From Chthoniobacterales bacterium (GTDB taxonomy: Bacteria > Verrucomicrobiota > Verrucomicrobiia > Chthoniobacterales > Chthoniobacteraceae), in the NCBI GenBank assembly GCA_038228205.1, contig JBBRPL010000027.1, positions 6,572 to 70,571 of the forward strand: 64,000 nt of DNA, in the 5' to 3' direction. This document shows positions 1 to 12,935 of this stretch, one piece after another; positions within the stretch are counted from its first letter, which is position 1, and each line of letters starts with the position of its first letter. The notes under the pieces were generated by a model. The model saw nothing but the letters and a program-made list of their open reading frames with translations, made no database searches and was not told the origin of the DNA. The position numbers were made by a program, and so were the translations under genes.

Positions 1-3000
1 GTGCGTTCCAGTTTTCCCCACGTCACGAGGGCTCCCTTGATGGCGCGCAAGAGGGATCGCCAGATGACCCATGCGAGGAGCGGGCGGTAGATAAAGCGCA
101 TGGGCAGGATGAGCAGCGCCTTGCGCAGCCGCTCGCCATCCATCCAGCATGCGAGGGTGGCGAGGAAGAGGTCCATGCCCAGGACCGCGGCAAACCAGTA
201 CCAGATCCCGGCGGCATGGCCAAAGAGCAGCGAGTAAAGCAGGATGGCATCGACCACCGGAGTGACGGCGACGAGACCGATCTGCATGAACCAGATATTG
301 GGCAGGCTGAACCAGCCGAGCGCGCCGAAGCGGGGATTGAAGATCAGGTCGCGATGTTTCCACAAGCATTGCATCGTGCCGAAAGCCCAGCGAAAGCGCT
401 GTTTGGCCAGGGTGGGGAAGGTTTCCGGCGCTTCGGTCCAGGCGACGGCGTATGGCGCGTAATCGATGCGGTAGCCGAGGCGATGGAGCATGAGGGTGAG
501 ATCGGTGTCCTCGGCAAGGGTGTCGTTGGAAAAGCCGCCTGCGGCGTCGATGGCGCTGCGGCGCAAGGCGCTCACGGCGCCTGGCACGACGGTGATGCAG
601 CGCCATTCCGTGTAGGCGCGCCGATCGAGATTGAAGCCGCAAATGTATTCCAGGCTCTGGCATTTCGCGACGAAGGTGCGGAGGTTGCCCACGCGCGCGT
701 TGCCGCTGACCGCGCCGACGAGCGGATTGGCCAGGGGCTTGACGATGGCGCGCAATGTCCCGCGTTCGAACAGGGTGTCGGCATCGAGGAAGACGAGGAT
801 CTCATGCGAGGCGCGCGCGACTCCGAGACTCAGGGCGACCGACTTGCCGCGATTGGGCTGGCAGAGCAGGACGATGCGAGGATCGAGAGCGGCGAGGCGC
901 GTGATCTCGTCGGTGGTGTTGTCCGAGGAGCCATCATCCGTAATCACCACCTCCAGCGCTCCATCGTAGTCCGTATCGAGCAAGGATTGCAGGGTTTTGA
1001 CGATCACCTTGCCTTCGTTGTACGCGGCGATGACCACGCTGACGGCGGGCCGGTAGTCCGGCGGCGGGACGGCTGCGATCCGCCGATGGTGGCGACGCGC
1101 GAGCCAGGCCACGAGGAGCGTGCGCGCGGCCACAACGGCTGTGGAGAAGATCATGAACGCCCAGAAGAATTCCACGATGCCATGCCAGATGCGGAAACCA
1201 GTTCCCGCGACGAGGCGTTCGAGGGGTTGCCGATTGGAATCCACCGGCGGCATCAATTCGTCGCGCGTCATGCCGAGCAACTCGGCGAGCGAAACGATCC
1301 GGTCGCCGCGGGCCTGGAGATAGTCGATGATCTTCGGGAGAGCGGCGAGAGTCTCGGAACGATCGCCGCCGGCGTCGTGGAGCAGGATGATATTGCCTTC
1401 GTCGCGCAAATCCTTGACGCGTTGGATGATCTCTTCCGTGCCGGGCCGCGACCAATCCTGCGGATCGATTTTTTCGAGGACGATCGTGTACCCGAGCTGT
1501 TCCTGGGCGAGGCGCAGCGGCGCCAGTTCGGCGAGGTCGGTTGGGTTGGAATCGGCGTTGTAGGGCGGGCGAAACAGGGTGGTGGAGCGGCCGGTGATGC
1601 TTTCGATGAGCCGCTCCGTGGCCGTGAGTTCCAATTCCATCTGCCACTCCGACATGATCGCCAGGTTGCGGTGGGAGTAGGTGTGGTTGCCCACTTCGTG
1701 GCCTTCCCGGACGATGCGGGCGACGAGGCCGGGATAGTCCTCACAGTTCTTGCCGATGAGAAAGAAGGTCGCCTTTACGCCACGCTCCTTGAGGACATCG
1801 AGGATCTTGGGCGTCCACTCCGGGTCGGGGCCATCGTCGAACGTGATCGCGACCTCGTGTTCGCCGCCCGCGCCCTGGTGGTAGAGGATGGGGTAGGTGG
1901 CGAAGTCGGTATAACTCGCGCGGAGGAGGCCCTTTTCATCGATCGTCACGGTCCGGGCGCCATCGTCGCGGGTCGTGTCCACGGTCACGATTTCGCCGCG
2001 TCCGACGTTGGTGATCGTGTCCGTCGCCTTGATCTGGCCGAGCGCCTTGAGGGTGGCTGGCGTGGGCTGGCCCTTGAGTTCCAGAACGTCCCACACTTGC
2101 GGATCCTCGGTGCCGAGCCGGCTGATCGCCATGCCGCCGAACTTGGCCGCCCGCACGGTGCGGAGATGATTGTAGAAGGAAATGGCGTCGAGAAAGCTGA
2201 CCCAGTGCTCGCCGTTCGGTTCGGAGTAGTTGTAGTGCGCGTTGTAGCGGGGGGGACGCACTTCGACCTTGTCCCCGGCCGCATCGACTCCGGCGTAGCT
2301 GGCGCGGCTCATGGCGTCCTTGTAGGAGATGGTCTCCGTTTTCTTCGTCGTCGTGTTCCAATCGTAGGCATAGGCGCCGAGGTCGGCGATCCATTGCTCG
2401 TCGTCAGCGAAATCCGTGATGACTTTCAGCCACCCTTCGATCCAGGGCTGCGAAGCGATGGGGCCGGGGGCATCGCTATCCGAGTTTTCATCGTGGAGCA
2501 CGATGATGAAGCGATCGATAAACACCTCCAGCGCGGGCCGGTTGGATTTGACGTCCGGTTGAGCCTCGGGATCGCTGAAGATATTGAAGGTCTTGAAGTC
2601 CTCACCCGGAGACACCGTAAACCACAGTTCCATCCCGGCGGTTTGCAAGGCGGTGGCGATTTGCGCCAGCAGGTCGGAATAGTTATCGCGGTAGGCCGAG
2701 TCGAGTTGCTGCCAGTCAATGATCAAGCCGCCCGCCTTTACTTTTTTGAGCTGCGTGAGTAATTCGCGAATGAAGCGCGCGCGCTTGTCGGCGGAGCCAT
2801 TGGCCAGGTTCTCGACGGCTTCGGGCTGCCAGACGTTGCCTTGCAGATTTTGCAGCAGCGGCATGAGTGTCAGATTGTGCGCGGCGGCGAACGTGGCCAC
2901 GCGGAGGTCAGGGTCGGTGACCAATCGGCTGTCGGTGTCGACGAGGGTAAACCACTCGGGCGCGAGGTGGGTGAGCGCGCCCGCGTGTTCTTCGAGGGAC

Positions 3001-3374
3001 GCGAAACTGTTCGAGTCCCACTCCACGTAGTATCCGAGCCGAATCTCGCCTTTCGCTCCGGGAGTCTTGCGGGTTTGCCTCCGGATATTGGCCAGACGTT
3101 CCTGCGCCGTGGGAGACTGGCGCGTGTACTTGTCCCAGCTAATCGCCTGGGGGTCGTCTTCTTCGGTGCGCTGGATGGCCGCCTTGAGCTGTTTCTTGAG
3201 AGGGACCACCGAGGCCGGAGTTTTCAGTTCCGGGTGGATGAGCAGGGTGCGAAAAAACCACACCGTAGCCACCGCCACGAGAATGCCCCAGACGACGAGG
3301 ACGCCCCGGAGCCTCGGCCAGCGACGGCCAAGCGGATCCTGAAAGATGAAGGCGCCGGGTTCGGGGTCGCTCAT
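1..3374 (-). CDS. Bifunctional glycosyltransferase/polysaccharide deacetylase: GH18-like domain + NodB deacetylase + processive GT2 (3' end beyond window)
   Basis: Manual translation from ATG 3374: MSDPEPGAFIFQDPLGRRWPRLR. GH18-like GGLIIDWQ (~2709-2732), NodB TFDDGPDPEWTPKIL (~1801-1846) and GNHTYSH. GT2 VVIAAYNE, DADT, TLAED, QRFRW. Missing from the ORF track because there is no stop in the window. Confidence 0.9.
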   Translation of the reverse strand, partial: MSDPEPGAFIFQDPLGRRWPRLRGVLVVWGILVAVATVWFFRTLLIHPELKTPASVVPLKKQLKAAIQRTEEDDPQAISWDKYTRQSPTAQERLANIRRQTRKTPGAKGEIRLGYYVEWDSNSFASLEEHAGALTHLAPEWFTLVDTDSRLVTDPDLRVATFAAAHNLTLMPLLQNLQGNVWQPEAVENLANGSADKRARFIRELLTQLKKVKAGGLIIDWQQLDSAYRDNYSDLLAQIATALQTAGMELWFTVSPGEDFKTFNIFSDPEAQPDVKSNRPALEVFIDRFIIVLHDENSDSDAPGPIASQPWIEGWLKVITDFADDEQWIADLGAYAYDWNTTTKKTETISYKDAMSRASYAGVDAAGDKVEVRPPRYNAHYNYSEPNGEHWVSFLDAISFYNHLRTVRAAKFGGMAISRLGTEDPQVWDVLELKGQPTPATLKALGQIKATDTITNVGRGEIVTVDTTRDDGARTVTIDEKGLLRASYTDFATYPILYHQGAGGEHEVAITFDDGPDPEWTPKILDVLKERGVKATFFLIGKNCEDYPGLVARIVREGHEVGNHTYSHRNLAIMSEWQMELELTATERLIESITGRSTTLFRPPYNADSNPTDLAELAPLRLAQEQLGYTIVLEKIDPQDWSRPGTEEIIQRVKDLRDEGNIILLHDAGGDRSETLAALPKIIDYLQARGDRIVSLAELLGMTRDELMPPVDSNRQPLERLVAGTGFRIWHGIVEFFWAFMIFSTAVVAARTLLVAWLARRHHRRIAAVPPPDYRPAVSVVIAAYNEGKVIVKTLQSLLDTDYDGALEVVITDDGSSDNTTDEITRLAALDPRIVLLCQPNRGKSVALSLGVARASHEILVFLDADTLFERGTLRAIVKPLANPLVGAVSGNARVGNLRTFVAKCQSLEYICGFNLDRRAYTEWRCITVVPGAVSALRRSAIDAAGGFSNDTLAEDTDLTLMLHRLGYRIDYAPYAVAWTEAPETFPTLAKQRFRWAFGTMQCLWKHRDLIFNPRFGALGWFSLPNIWFMQIGLVAVTPVVDAILLYSLLFGHAAGIWYWFAAVLGMDLFLATLACWMDGERLRKALLILPMRFIYRPLLAWVIWRSLLRAIKGALVTWGKLER

Positions 3375-3577
3375 GGAAGGCTGTCTTTAGCGCATATTGG
3401 GAAATGGAAAATGGAAAATGGAGCGCGAGCGAGGTGGCCCGTCGGAAGGTGGGCGCCGGAGGGCGGCCGGTTCGTGAGATTGCGGCGGGCTACGTCCCTT
3501 GACTCCGTTCACCGTTACGACGCAAACCGCGCGCAGGGTGGAGAGGTTGAATGCAGAGATGCGGAGCAGTTGCCCCG

Positions 3578-3598
3578 CAAAGTTCAGAATACACTCTA
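3578..3598. repeat. Solo copy of the MITE terminal repeat seen at 17376-17396
   Basis: CAAAGTTCAGAATACACTCTA vs CAAAGTGCAGAACACGCTCTA, 18/21 identical. Confidence 0.6.
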
Positions 3599-5143
3599 AT
3601 CCGCCGATTCCGGAACGTTGAGCGGGGGCTTGTCTGTTCGAAATGGGGCGGCGGGCAATCCGGCGGCATTGTAGAGATTGCAGGTCGGGTTATTGGCCCA
3701 TGAGTATCGTGTTGCGACGGGATGGGCCACCTGCGCTGACCAGACGAGGACATCGTTGCCCTCGATTTGCGCGTCCGCCCATACCCATTTGTGATCCTCG
3801 CCGCAGACGACGAAACCTTCCAATTCGCTCTTGGGACTGTTCCGCATGAGCGGCACCGTATCCGGCTTGATGGACAGCGGCTGATAGGTGCGGGGCAATG
3901 GCTTGGCGATGAGTCCGCCCTCGGTGTGTGTGAACTTTAGGCGGATCTTGCCCTCCTCTACGGCTGCAGATTGGAAAACTGGTCCGGAAAAGACGACGGC
4001 TTGTCCGTAGTCTTTGGCGAGGGCGATTCGGGCGAGTCGTTCTCCAACGTCCTTTTTGTTGCGCGGATGGACGGTGCCTTCCTCGCCGGTATCGATGAGG
4101 ATCGCCTGGGCGGTGTGAGGTGTGTCGAGGAACTTTGTCTGGCCCTCGCGAAATTCCGCCCAGAGACTGGGGAGACCCGGGCTGGTCGGCTTCGCTTGAA
4201 AGTTCGGCAACTGGCAGATGTAGAATGGCAGGTCGCGCTTCCAACGATTCCGCCAGTCGCGGATCAGGGTGGTGAGCAATTGCGGATAGACCGCTCCCTG
4301 CCCGGCTCCGACGTTCGATTCACCCTGATACCAGATAGCACCAACGATCGCATATGGAATGAGCGGCGAGACCATGCCGTTGAAGAGGGCGGATGGGGTT
4401 CTGCTTGGTGGCGGCGATTGTGTGGATGTGGCGTTCCGGTTGCGCAAATTTGCGACGTGCTTTTTCACGACCTCGTCGGACTGAAGCGCCTCCTCGCTCA
4501 TCCATGACTCGGCGAGGCTCCCACCCCAGGAGGAGTGGACCAAGCCGACCGGGGCGTGCAGTGCGTTCTGGAGGGCTTGTCCGAAATAAAAACCGACCGC
4601 GGTGAATTCGTGCGCGCCCAGCGGGGTCGCGGTCACCCATTTTCCGACCACATCATCCGCGGGTGCGGCGACGGAATTCCGCTCCACGCGAAAATGCCGT
4701 AACGAAGGGTTGTTCGTTTGCGCGATCACTTCCTTGGCGTCCTGCGTTCCGCCGAGCCTCATCTCCATGTTGGATTGTCCGACGCAGAGCCAGACCTCGC
4801 CCACGACCACGTCACCGACCGTTACTTCATTTTTGCCGCGAGCCACCAGATCGAAAGGGCCGGCGCCTGCCTGCCTGAGGTCGAGGTCGATGCGCCATTT
4901 TCCCGCGGTGTCGGCGGCGGTTTTTCCTGCGATGGCGCCCAGCGTGACGAAGACCTCCTCACCGGGATCGGCCCAACCCCAGATGGGCACTTTTTCGGAA
5001 CGCTGGAACACGGCGTGCTCCGAGAAAATCGCGGGCAGCCGGATGTCCGCTGACGCTATACCCGTCAGTCCAAAAAACGAAGCGATGAGGGCGGTGGAAC
5101 CCCGTAGTCCCGCGGCGACATGGGAACGGCGGGATCGAGCCAT
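3596..5143 (-). CDS. Secreted sialate O-acetylesterase (SASA/SGNH family)
   Basis: Signal peptide; VGEVWLCVGQSNM, WYQGESN, DTG..VHPRNK, LYNAAGLPAAPFRTD. Confidence 0.88.
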   Translation of the reverse strand: MARSRRSHVAAGLRGSTALIASFFGLTGIASADIRLPAIFSEHAVFQRSEKVPIWGWADPGEEVFVTLGAIAGKTAADTAGKWRIDLDLRQAGAGPFDLVARGKNEVTVGDVVVGEVWLCVGQSNMEMRLGGTQDAKEVIAQTNNPSLRHFRVERNSVAAPADDVVGKWVTATPLGAHEFTAVGFYFGQALQNALHAPVGLVHSSWGGSLAESWMSEEALQSDEVVKKHVANLRNRNATSTQSPPPSRTPSALFNGMVSPLIPYAIVGAIWYQGESNVGAGQGAVYPQLLTTLIRDWRNRWKRDLPFYICQLPNFQAKPTSPGLPSLWAEFREGQTKFLDTPHTAQAILIDTGEEGTVHPRNKKDVGERLARIALAKDYGQAVVFSGPVFQSAAVEEGKIRLKFTHTEGGLIAKPLPRTYQPLSIKPDTVPLMRNSPKSELEGFVVCGEDHKWVWADAQIEGNDVLVWSAQVAHPVATRYSWANNPTCNLYNAAGLPAAPFRTDKPPLNVPESAD

Positions 5144-5161
5144 GCCGGTGACGGCGTGTAG

Positions 5162-5692
5162 CTAAAACTTTACGCCCTTGGGAGGATTGGCGGAGACGCG
5201 CTTTTTAAAGGACATGCTGTTGCTGTTGAATCTCGTCAGATGCGTCGGGTCGGGTCGCGCTGTTTTTTTCTCCGGGTCTACGATCATGTAATACTCCTTG
5301 TCGTTTTTCGTGAGGCAGGTCAGGTGGATCGTGGAGGGCTCGACGAGTTCCCACTTAAAGGCTTCGTTCCACCCGGTATACATTTTTCCGTCGTGGTAGA
5401 ACTCGACCCAATACTCTTTTCCCTTGAGGTCGGGGTTATCGAACCAATTCCAGCGGGATCCGACGAAGAGGTTTTTTAGTACGGCGAGATACGTCGAGGG
5501 GGAGTTGAAAAGTGCGACTCCGCCTGGGGGGGCGGGGGATTGCGCCGAGGCGCCGAGGACGGTGGAGAGCAGGAGCACGGTCAAGAGTGCGCAGGGTACG
5601 AATTTCCGAACTGGTCTTGAGCTTCCTGCCGGCCAAGGGGTGTGTTCCGCAGATGGAGGGCAAGGGATATGTTCCTCGGCGACCGTATTCAT
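5162..5692 (-). CDS. Hypothetical exported protein
   Basis: ORF fills the gap between tatD and the esterase; hydrophobic signal-like stretch LLTVLLLSTVLGASAQ; true start may lie downstream. Confidence 0.6.
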   Translation of the reverse strand: MNTVAEEHIPCPPSAEHTPWPAGSSRPVRKFVPCALLTVLLLSTVLGASAQSPAPPGGVALFNSPSTYLAVLKNLFVGSRWNWFDNPDLKGKEYWVEFYHDGKMYTGWNEAFKWELVEPSTIHLTCLTKNDKEYYMIVDPEKKTARPDPTHLTRFNSNSMSFKKRVSANPPKGVKF

Positions 5693-5754
5693 ACTCCGGG
5701 AAGCTAGTGCGCGGCGGCAAGCCTTGTAAAATAGAAACGGCTGATGACCCGACT

Positions 5755-6606
5755 CTACGATGCGGGAAAACGAAAAAAAGCCTCCGCCGTGGCCGAGGTG
5801 CGGGTGGCCAGCGACTCGAGCGTTTCTCCACGCAGGCGGGCGATGTACTCAGCGGTAAGGCGGGTATGCGCCGGTTCACAGCGCTTGCCGCGGAACGGCA
5901 CGGGCGCGAGGAACGGGCAATCCGTCTCGACCATGAGGCGATCGCCGGGCGCCCCGGCCGCCGTGGCCTGCGCGTCCGCGGCATTCTTGAATGTGACGAT
6001 GCCGGTAAAGGAGACCAGATGACCCAGGGCGAACAACTCTTCCGCGTGGGCCGGTGACTTGCCGAAACAGTGGAAGACCGCCCGCAACCGGCCGGTATAT
6101 CTGCGCAAGATGGCCAGCGTATCATCCCACGCCTCACGCTCGTGGATGACGACGTTGAGGCCGAGTTCGGCCGCCAGTTCGAGTTGTTGCTCAAACACCG
6201 CGGCCTGCACCGATTTGCGAGCGCCATCCGCCAGCGCCGCATCGATGTCGCCCGGCGTTTCATTGCCGAGAGCCGGCAGCGACGCAGGAGCCCGACCGGA
6301 ACTGGGGAGACGATAGTAGTCGAGCCCCGTCTCGCCGATGGCCACGACCCGCGGATGGCCCGCCAGGGCGCGGAGATGGTCGATGAAATCTCCGTCCGCC
6401 TCGTGCGCGGAATTCGGGTGCACGCCGATGACGGCAAAAACCTGCGGGTATTTCTCGGCCAGCGCCACCGCCCGCCGGCTGCTCTCGATGGAGGTGCCGA
6501 TGCTGTTGATCCGCGTTACCCCGGCCCCGATGGCGCGATGGATGACGCCGTCCAGATCGGGTGCGAAATCGGGAAAGTCGAGGTGCGCGTGCGTGTCGAT
6601 CAGCAT
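5755..6606 (-). CDS. tatD: TatD family hydrolase
   Basis: MLIDTHAHLD, GVHP, AIGETGLDY, IHER, VFHCF, VETDCPFLAP; start trimmed to ATG 6606. Confidence 0.93.
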   Translation of the reverse strand: MLIDTHAHLDFPDFAPDLDGVIHRAIGAGVTRINSIGTSIESSRRAVALAEKYPQVFAVIGVHPNSAHEADGDFIDHLRALAGHPRVVAIGETGLDYYRLPSSGRAPASLPALGNETPGDIDAALADGARKSVQAAVFEQQLELAAELGLNVVIHEREAWDDTLAILRRYTGRLRAVFHCFGKSPAHAEELFALGHLVSFTGIVTFKNAADAQATAAGAPGDRLMVETDCPFLAPVPFRGKRCEPAHTRLTAEYIARLRGETLESLATRTSATAEAFFRFPAS

Positions 6607-6614
6607 CCGCGAGC

Positions 6615-7628
6615 CTACCACTGAACGACCGAACTTGCCCACGTGAGCCCGCCGCCGAAGACGACGAGGAGCACATAATCGCCCACTTTCATCCGTCCCG
6701 TGCGGTTGGCTTCATCGAGGGCGATGGCCACGGCCGCGGCACTGGTGTTGCCGTAGCGGTCGAGATTGATCATGAAACGATCCATCGGCACTTTGATCCG
6801 GTCGGAAATGGCTTCGATGATGCGCAGATTTGCCTGGTGCGGAATGATGCAGGCCAGATCGCTGGGGTCGAGATTGGCCTCGGCGAGGACCTTTTGCGCG
6901 GCATCCAGCATCGAGGTGATGGCATGCCGGTAGGTCTCTTTGCCATTCATCTTGATACAGTTCAGCCGCTGGTCGGCGTTGTCCTTGGTGATCGGATAGC
7001 GGGAGCCTCCCCCGGGGATGTAGAGGATGTCCGACAGGCCGCCATCGCTGGCCATGAAGGTGCTGATCACGCCATGGCCGCCGCCGCGATGCCGGAGCAC
7101 GGCCGCGCCAGCCCCGTCGCCGAAAAGGACGCAGGTATTACGATCCGTCCAGTCGATGATCGAACTGAGTTTGTCCGCGCCGATGACGAGGATGGTGTCG
7201 TACGTATGGGAGGTGATGAACTGCTGCGCGATCTCGATGGCGTAGAGGAAGCCGGAGCAGGCGGCGCTCACGTCGAAACAGGCGGCGTTTTTTGCGCCGA
7301 TCTTCGTTTGCACGAAACACGCCGTGCTCGGAAAGAACATGTCGGCGGTGACGGTTGCGACGATGATCAGGTCCACCTCCTCAGCGGTAATGCCAGCATT
7401 TTCCATGGCGGCCAGGGCCGCCTTGGCCGCGAGGTCGCTGGTCGTTTCATTTTCCGCGGCAATGCGCCGCTCCTTGATCCCGGTGCGCGAAGTGATCCAC
7501 TCGTCGCTCGTTTCGACCAGCTTCTCGATGTCCTGGTTGGTGAGGACTTTCTCGGGGAGGTAACTGCCGGTGCCGATGATGGAGACGGTGCGCTTAGGCT
7601 GGTTGGGGCGCGTGCGAGGATGAGTCAT
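6615..7628 (-). CDS. fabH: Beta-ketoacyl-ACP synthase III
   Basis: GTGSYLP, AACSGF, LFGDGAGA, PHQAN, YGNTSAA, FGGGLTW; start ATG 7628. Confidence 0.96.
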   Translation of the reverse strand: MTHPRTRPNQPKRTVSIIGTGSYLPEKVLTNQDIEKLVETSDEWITSRTGIKERRIAAENETTSDLAAKAALAAMENAGITAEEVDLIIVATVTADMFFPSTACFVQTKIGAKNAACFDVSAACSGFLYAIEIAQQFITSHTYDTILVIGADKLSSIIDWTDRNTCVLFGDGAGAAVLRHRGGGHGVISTFMASDGGLSDILYIPGGGSRYPITKDNADQRLNCIKMNGKETYRHAITSMLDAAQKVLAEANLDPSDLACIIPHQANLRIIEAISDRIKVPMDRFMINLDRYGNTSAAAVAIALDEANRTGRMKVGDYVLLVVFGGGLTWASSVVQW

Positions 7629-8625
7629 GGGAGCGTTGCACCGCTTCAACGATGTGGGGATTGAGCTGGTGCTGAATGGAAAAACAAGCGGCGCGCAGGG
7701 CGTTCTTGATCGCGAAAGGAGAGCTGCCGCCGTGGGCGATGATGCAGATGCCGTCGACGCCGAGCAGCGGCATGCCGCCGTATTCATCGGCGTTGGTGAC
7801 GGCCTGCACGGCGCGGAAGCCGGGCAGGCAAAGCAGGGCGCCGGCCTTGCGGATGGGATTGGCGTACAACTCGCGCTTGAGGAGGCGGAAGATGCTCTTG
7901 GCCAGGGCCTCGCTCGTCTTGAGGACGACGTTTCCGGTAAAACCGTCGGTGACGACCACGTCCACCTTGCCCCCGAAGAGATCGTGACCTTCGACGTTCC
8001 CTCGGAAATTCAATCCGCTGTTTTTGAGCAGGCCGTGCGCGGCCAGGGTGAGCGCGTCGCCTTTGAATTCCTCGGTGCCGTTGGAGAGCAGGCCGATCGT
8101 GGGGTTCGGGCGTTTCAGGACGTGCTCGCAATAAGCCGCGGCCATGAAAGCGTTGTCTTCGAGATGCTGCGGGGTGGGGTCCGGATTCGCCCCGGCGTCG
8201 CAAAGGATGAAGTGCCGCCCTTGTTCCGTCGGCATCATCGCGACGATGGCCGGGCGATCGATGCCGGGCAGCATGCGCAGCTTGATGGTGCTCGCCGCGA
8301 CCGCCGCCCCGGTATTGCCCGCGCTGACCACCGCCTCGGCATCGCCCGTCTTGACCAGATCCACTGCGCGGCTGACGGAGGAGTCCTTTTTACGGCGCAA
8401 GGCATCGATGCCGCTGTCGTGCATTTCCACGACCTGTGTCGTGTGCACGATCTCGACCCGCGCATCGTGGCAACCGTGCTTCTTGAGCAGGGCTTCGAGC
8501 TGCGGGGTGTCGCCCGTCAGGAAGAGTTTGGAGATTTGCGAATACTCGCGGAGGGCCATGACGGCGCCTTCGACGAGCGGAGCCGGGCCGTCATCGTGGC
8601 CCATGGCATCGAGCGCAATCTTCAT
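7594..8625 (-). CDS. plsX: Phosphate acyltransferase PlsX
   Basis: MKIALDAMGHD, SAGNTGA, IDRPAI, VVTDGFTGNVVLK; lies between rpmF and fabH. Confidence 0.96.
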   Translation of the reverse strand: MKIALDAMGHDDGPAPLVEGAVMALREYSQISKLFLTGDTPQLEALLKKHGCHDARVEIVHTTQVVEMHDSGIDALRRKKDSSVSRAVDLVKTGDAEAVVSAGNTGAAVAASTIKLRMLPGIDRPAIVAMMPTEQGRHFILCDAGANPDPTPQHLEDNAFMAAAYCEHVLKRPNPTIGLLSNGTEEFKGDALTLAAHGLLKNSGLNFRGNVEGHDLFGGKVDVVVTDGFTGNVVLKTSEALAKSIFRLLKRELYANPIRKAGALLCLPGFRAVQAVTNADEYGGMPLLGVDGICIIAHGGSSPFAIKNALRAACFSIQHQLNPHIVEAVQRSHDSSSHAPQPA

Positions 8626-8688
8626 GGGCGCATTTCGTGCGCGTTAAGCAATTTCTGCAAGGGCAAAAACGACTGCGGGCCAGAGGGA

Positions 8689-8776
8689 GAAATGCGAAAC
8701 TCGAAATCCGAAACTCGAAATAAGGGAGCACCGGGGCTCGCTTGCTTCGGATTTCGGATTTCGAGCGTCGGATTTC
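8689..8776. repeat. Inverted arrays of 7-bp repeats (GAAAYYC / TTCGGAT) between rpmF and plsX
   Basis: gaaatgc gaaactc gaaatcc gaaactc gaaata ... ttcggat ttcggat ttcgagc gtcggat ttc. Confidence 0.75.
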
Positions 8777-8788
8777 CGCGGGAGGCGG

Positions 8789-8971
8789 TCAGAGAGCTTC
8801 GATGGTCAGAACCTGGCGGCCTTTGTAATAGCCACAGGAGGGGCAGGCGCGATGCGAGGGGATCGAGCTGCCACACTGGCCGCATTTGCTGAGCTTGGCG
8901 GCGTGAAAGCGATTGGCGGCTTTGCGCGTGCGCAGCCGCATCTTGGACATCTTGCGTTTTGGAACACCCAT
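8789..8971 (-). CDS. rpmF: 50S ribosomal protein L32 (zinc-ribbon form)
   Basis: MGVPKRKMSK..CGQCG..HRACPSCGYYKGR. Confidence 0.97.
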   Translation of the reverse strand: MGVPKRKMSKMRLRTRKAANRFHAAKLSKCGQCGSSIPSHRACPSCGYYKGRQVLTIEAL

Positions 8972-8980
8972 AGTAGTTGG

Positions 8981-9439
8981 TTATTTAAGTTTAAGCTGAT
9001 CCAGCGCACCCCAAGCTTCTTGGCTGCCGGTGGAAGGCTGCTCAGTGGTATCGGTTTTGGCCCGAGGAAATACGCCCTGACAGACTTTCTCACCGTTCCA
9101 GTCGCAATGCGGATGGGGCGGAAGGGCGAGCAAGATGTCTTCCCTTATGGGGTCTGTCAAGTCCACGGTTTCAGAACTTGTCAATTCGATCTGGCAGGCA
9201 AAATCCGGCACCCGCAGGGGATAGCGGAACCGCTCGAGGCAGGCGACGCACGCGAGTTCCAGGTCGACCCCGACCTCCCCCGTGGCAAAGAGCCCGCCAT
9301 CGCTCAACCCCACGTCGAGCGCATACTGGACATCACTGACTGGCTGGATGTCCGGTTCCTTGAGATCGAGGATCTTGCTGCTTTCCGTGCCTTCGACGTG
9401 CAGTCCCTCAGTCGGAATCTGGTTCAGGTGGACTTTCAT
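8981..9439 (-). CDS. yceD: YceD/DUF177 family protein
   Basis: LACVACLE, VDLTDPIREDILLALP..C..C; conserved position upstream of rpmF. Confidence 0.9.
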   Translation of the reverse strand: MKVHLNQIPTEGLHVEGTESSKILDLKEPDIQPVSDVQYALDVGLSDGGLFATGEVGVDLELACVACLERFRYPLRVPDFACQIELTSSETVDLTDPIREDILLALPPHPHCDWNGEKVCQGVFPRAKTDTTEQPSTGSQEAWGALDQLKLK

Positions 9440-9457
9440 ATGGAGCCTTTCTATTCG

Positions 9458-9946
9458 CTATTCGGCGGACGGAGCGAATTTCTGCCGGAGAGCCGCCGCG
9501 ACAGACACTGGCACAAATGCCCCCACATTGCCACCCAGGCGACCGATTTCCTTGACGATCCGCGAGCTGAGATACGTGTATTTTTCCGCCGGCATCATGA
9601 AGATGGTCTCGATTTCCGGCTCGAGCTTGCGATTCATGAGGGCCATCTGGAACTCGAACTCGAAGTCCGACACGGCGCGCAGGCCGCGCACGACGGCGCT
9701 GGCGCCCTGGGAGCGCGCGAATTCCACCAACAGGCCGTCGAAGCGGGAGACAAGGACGTTGGGAAACTCCGAAGTGGTCTCGCGGATCAAGGCGACGCGC
9801 TCGTCGACGTGGAAGAGGCTGCGCTTCTGTTCGTTGAAGGCCACGGCCACCACAACTTCATCAAAAAGCTTCGCGGCCCGCTGGATCACGTCCAGATGGC
9901 CGTTGGTAATGGGGTCGAAGCTGCCGGGATAGATCGCGCGTCTCAC
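9458..9946 (-). CDS. coaD: Pantetheine-phosphate adenylyltransferase
   Basis: [37 protein letters not shown]. Confidence 0.98.
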   Translation of the reverse strand: MRRAIYPGSFDPITNGHLDVIQRAAKLFDEVVVAVAFNEQKRSLFHVDERVALIRETTSEFPNVLVSRFDGLLVEFARSQGASAVVRGLRAVSDFEFEFQMALMNRKLEPEIETIFMMPAEKYTYLSSRIVKEIGRLGGNVGAFVPVSVAAALRQKFAPSAE

Positions 9947-10004
9947 GCCCCGAACCTGCCGGGAGCCGGCGGATTAATGAAGAGGAAACTTTTTTTCCGC
10001 AGGC

Positions 10005-12935
<2,931 letters not shown>

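Noticed and set aside
216-2762. 848-aa + strand ORF
   Set aside because: Antisense shadow of the GH18/NodB/GT2 gene on the minus strand; no motifs
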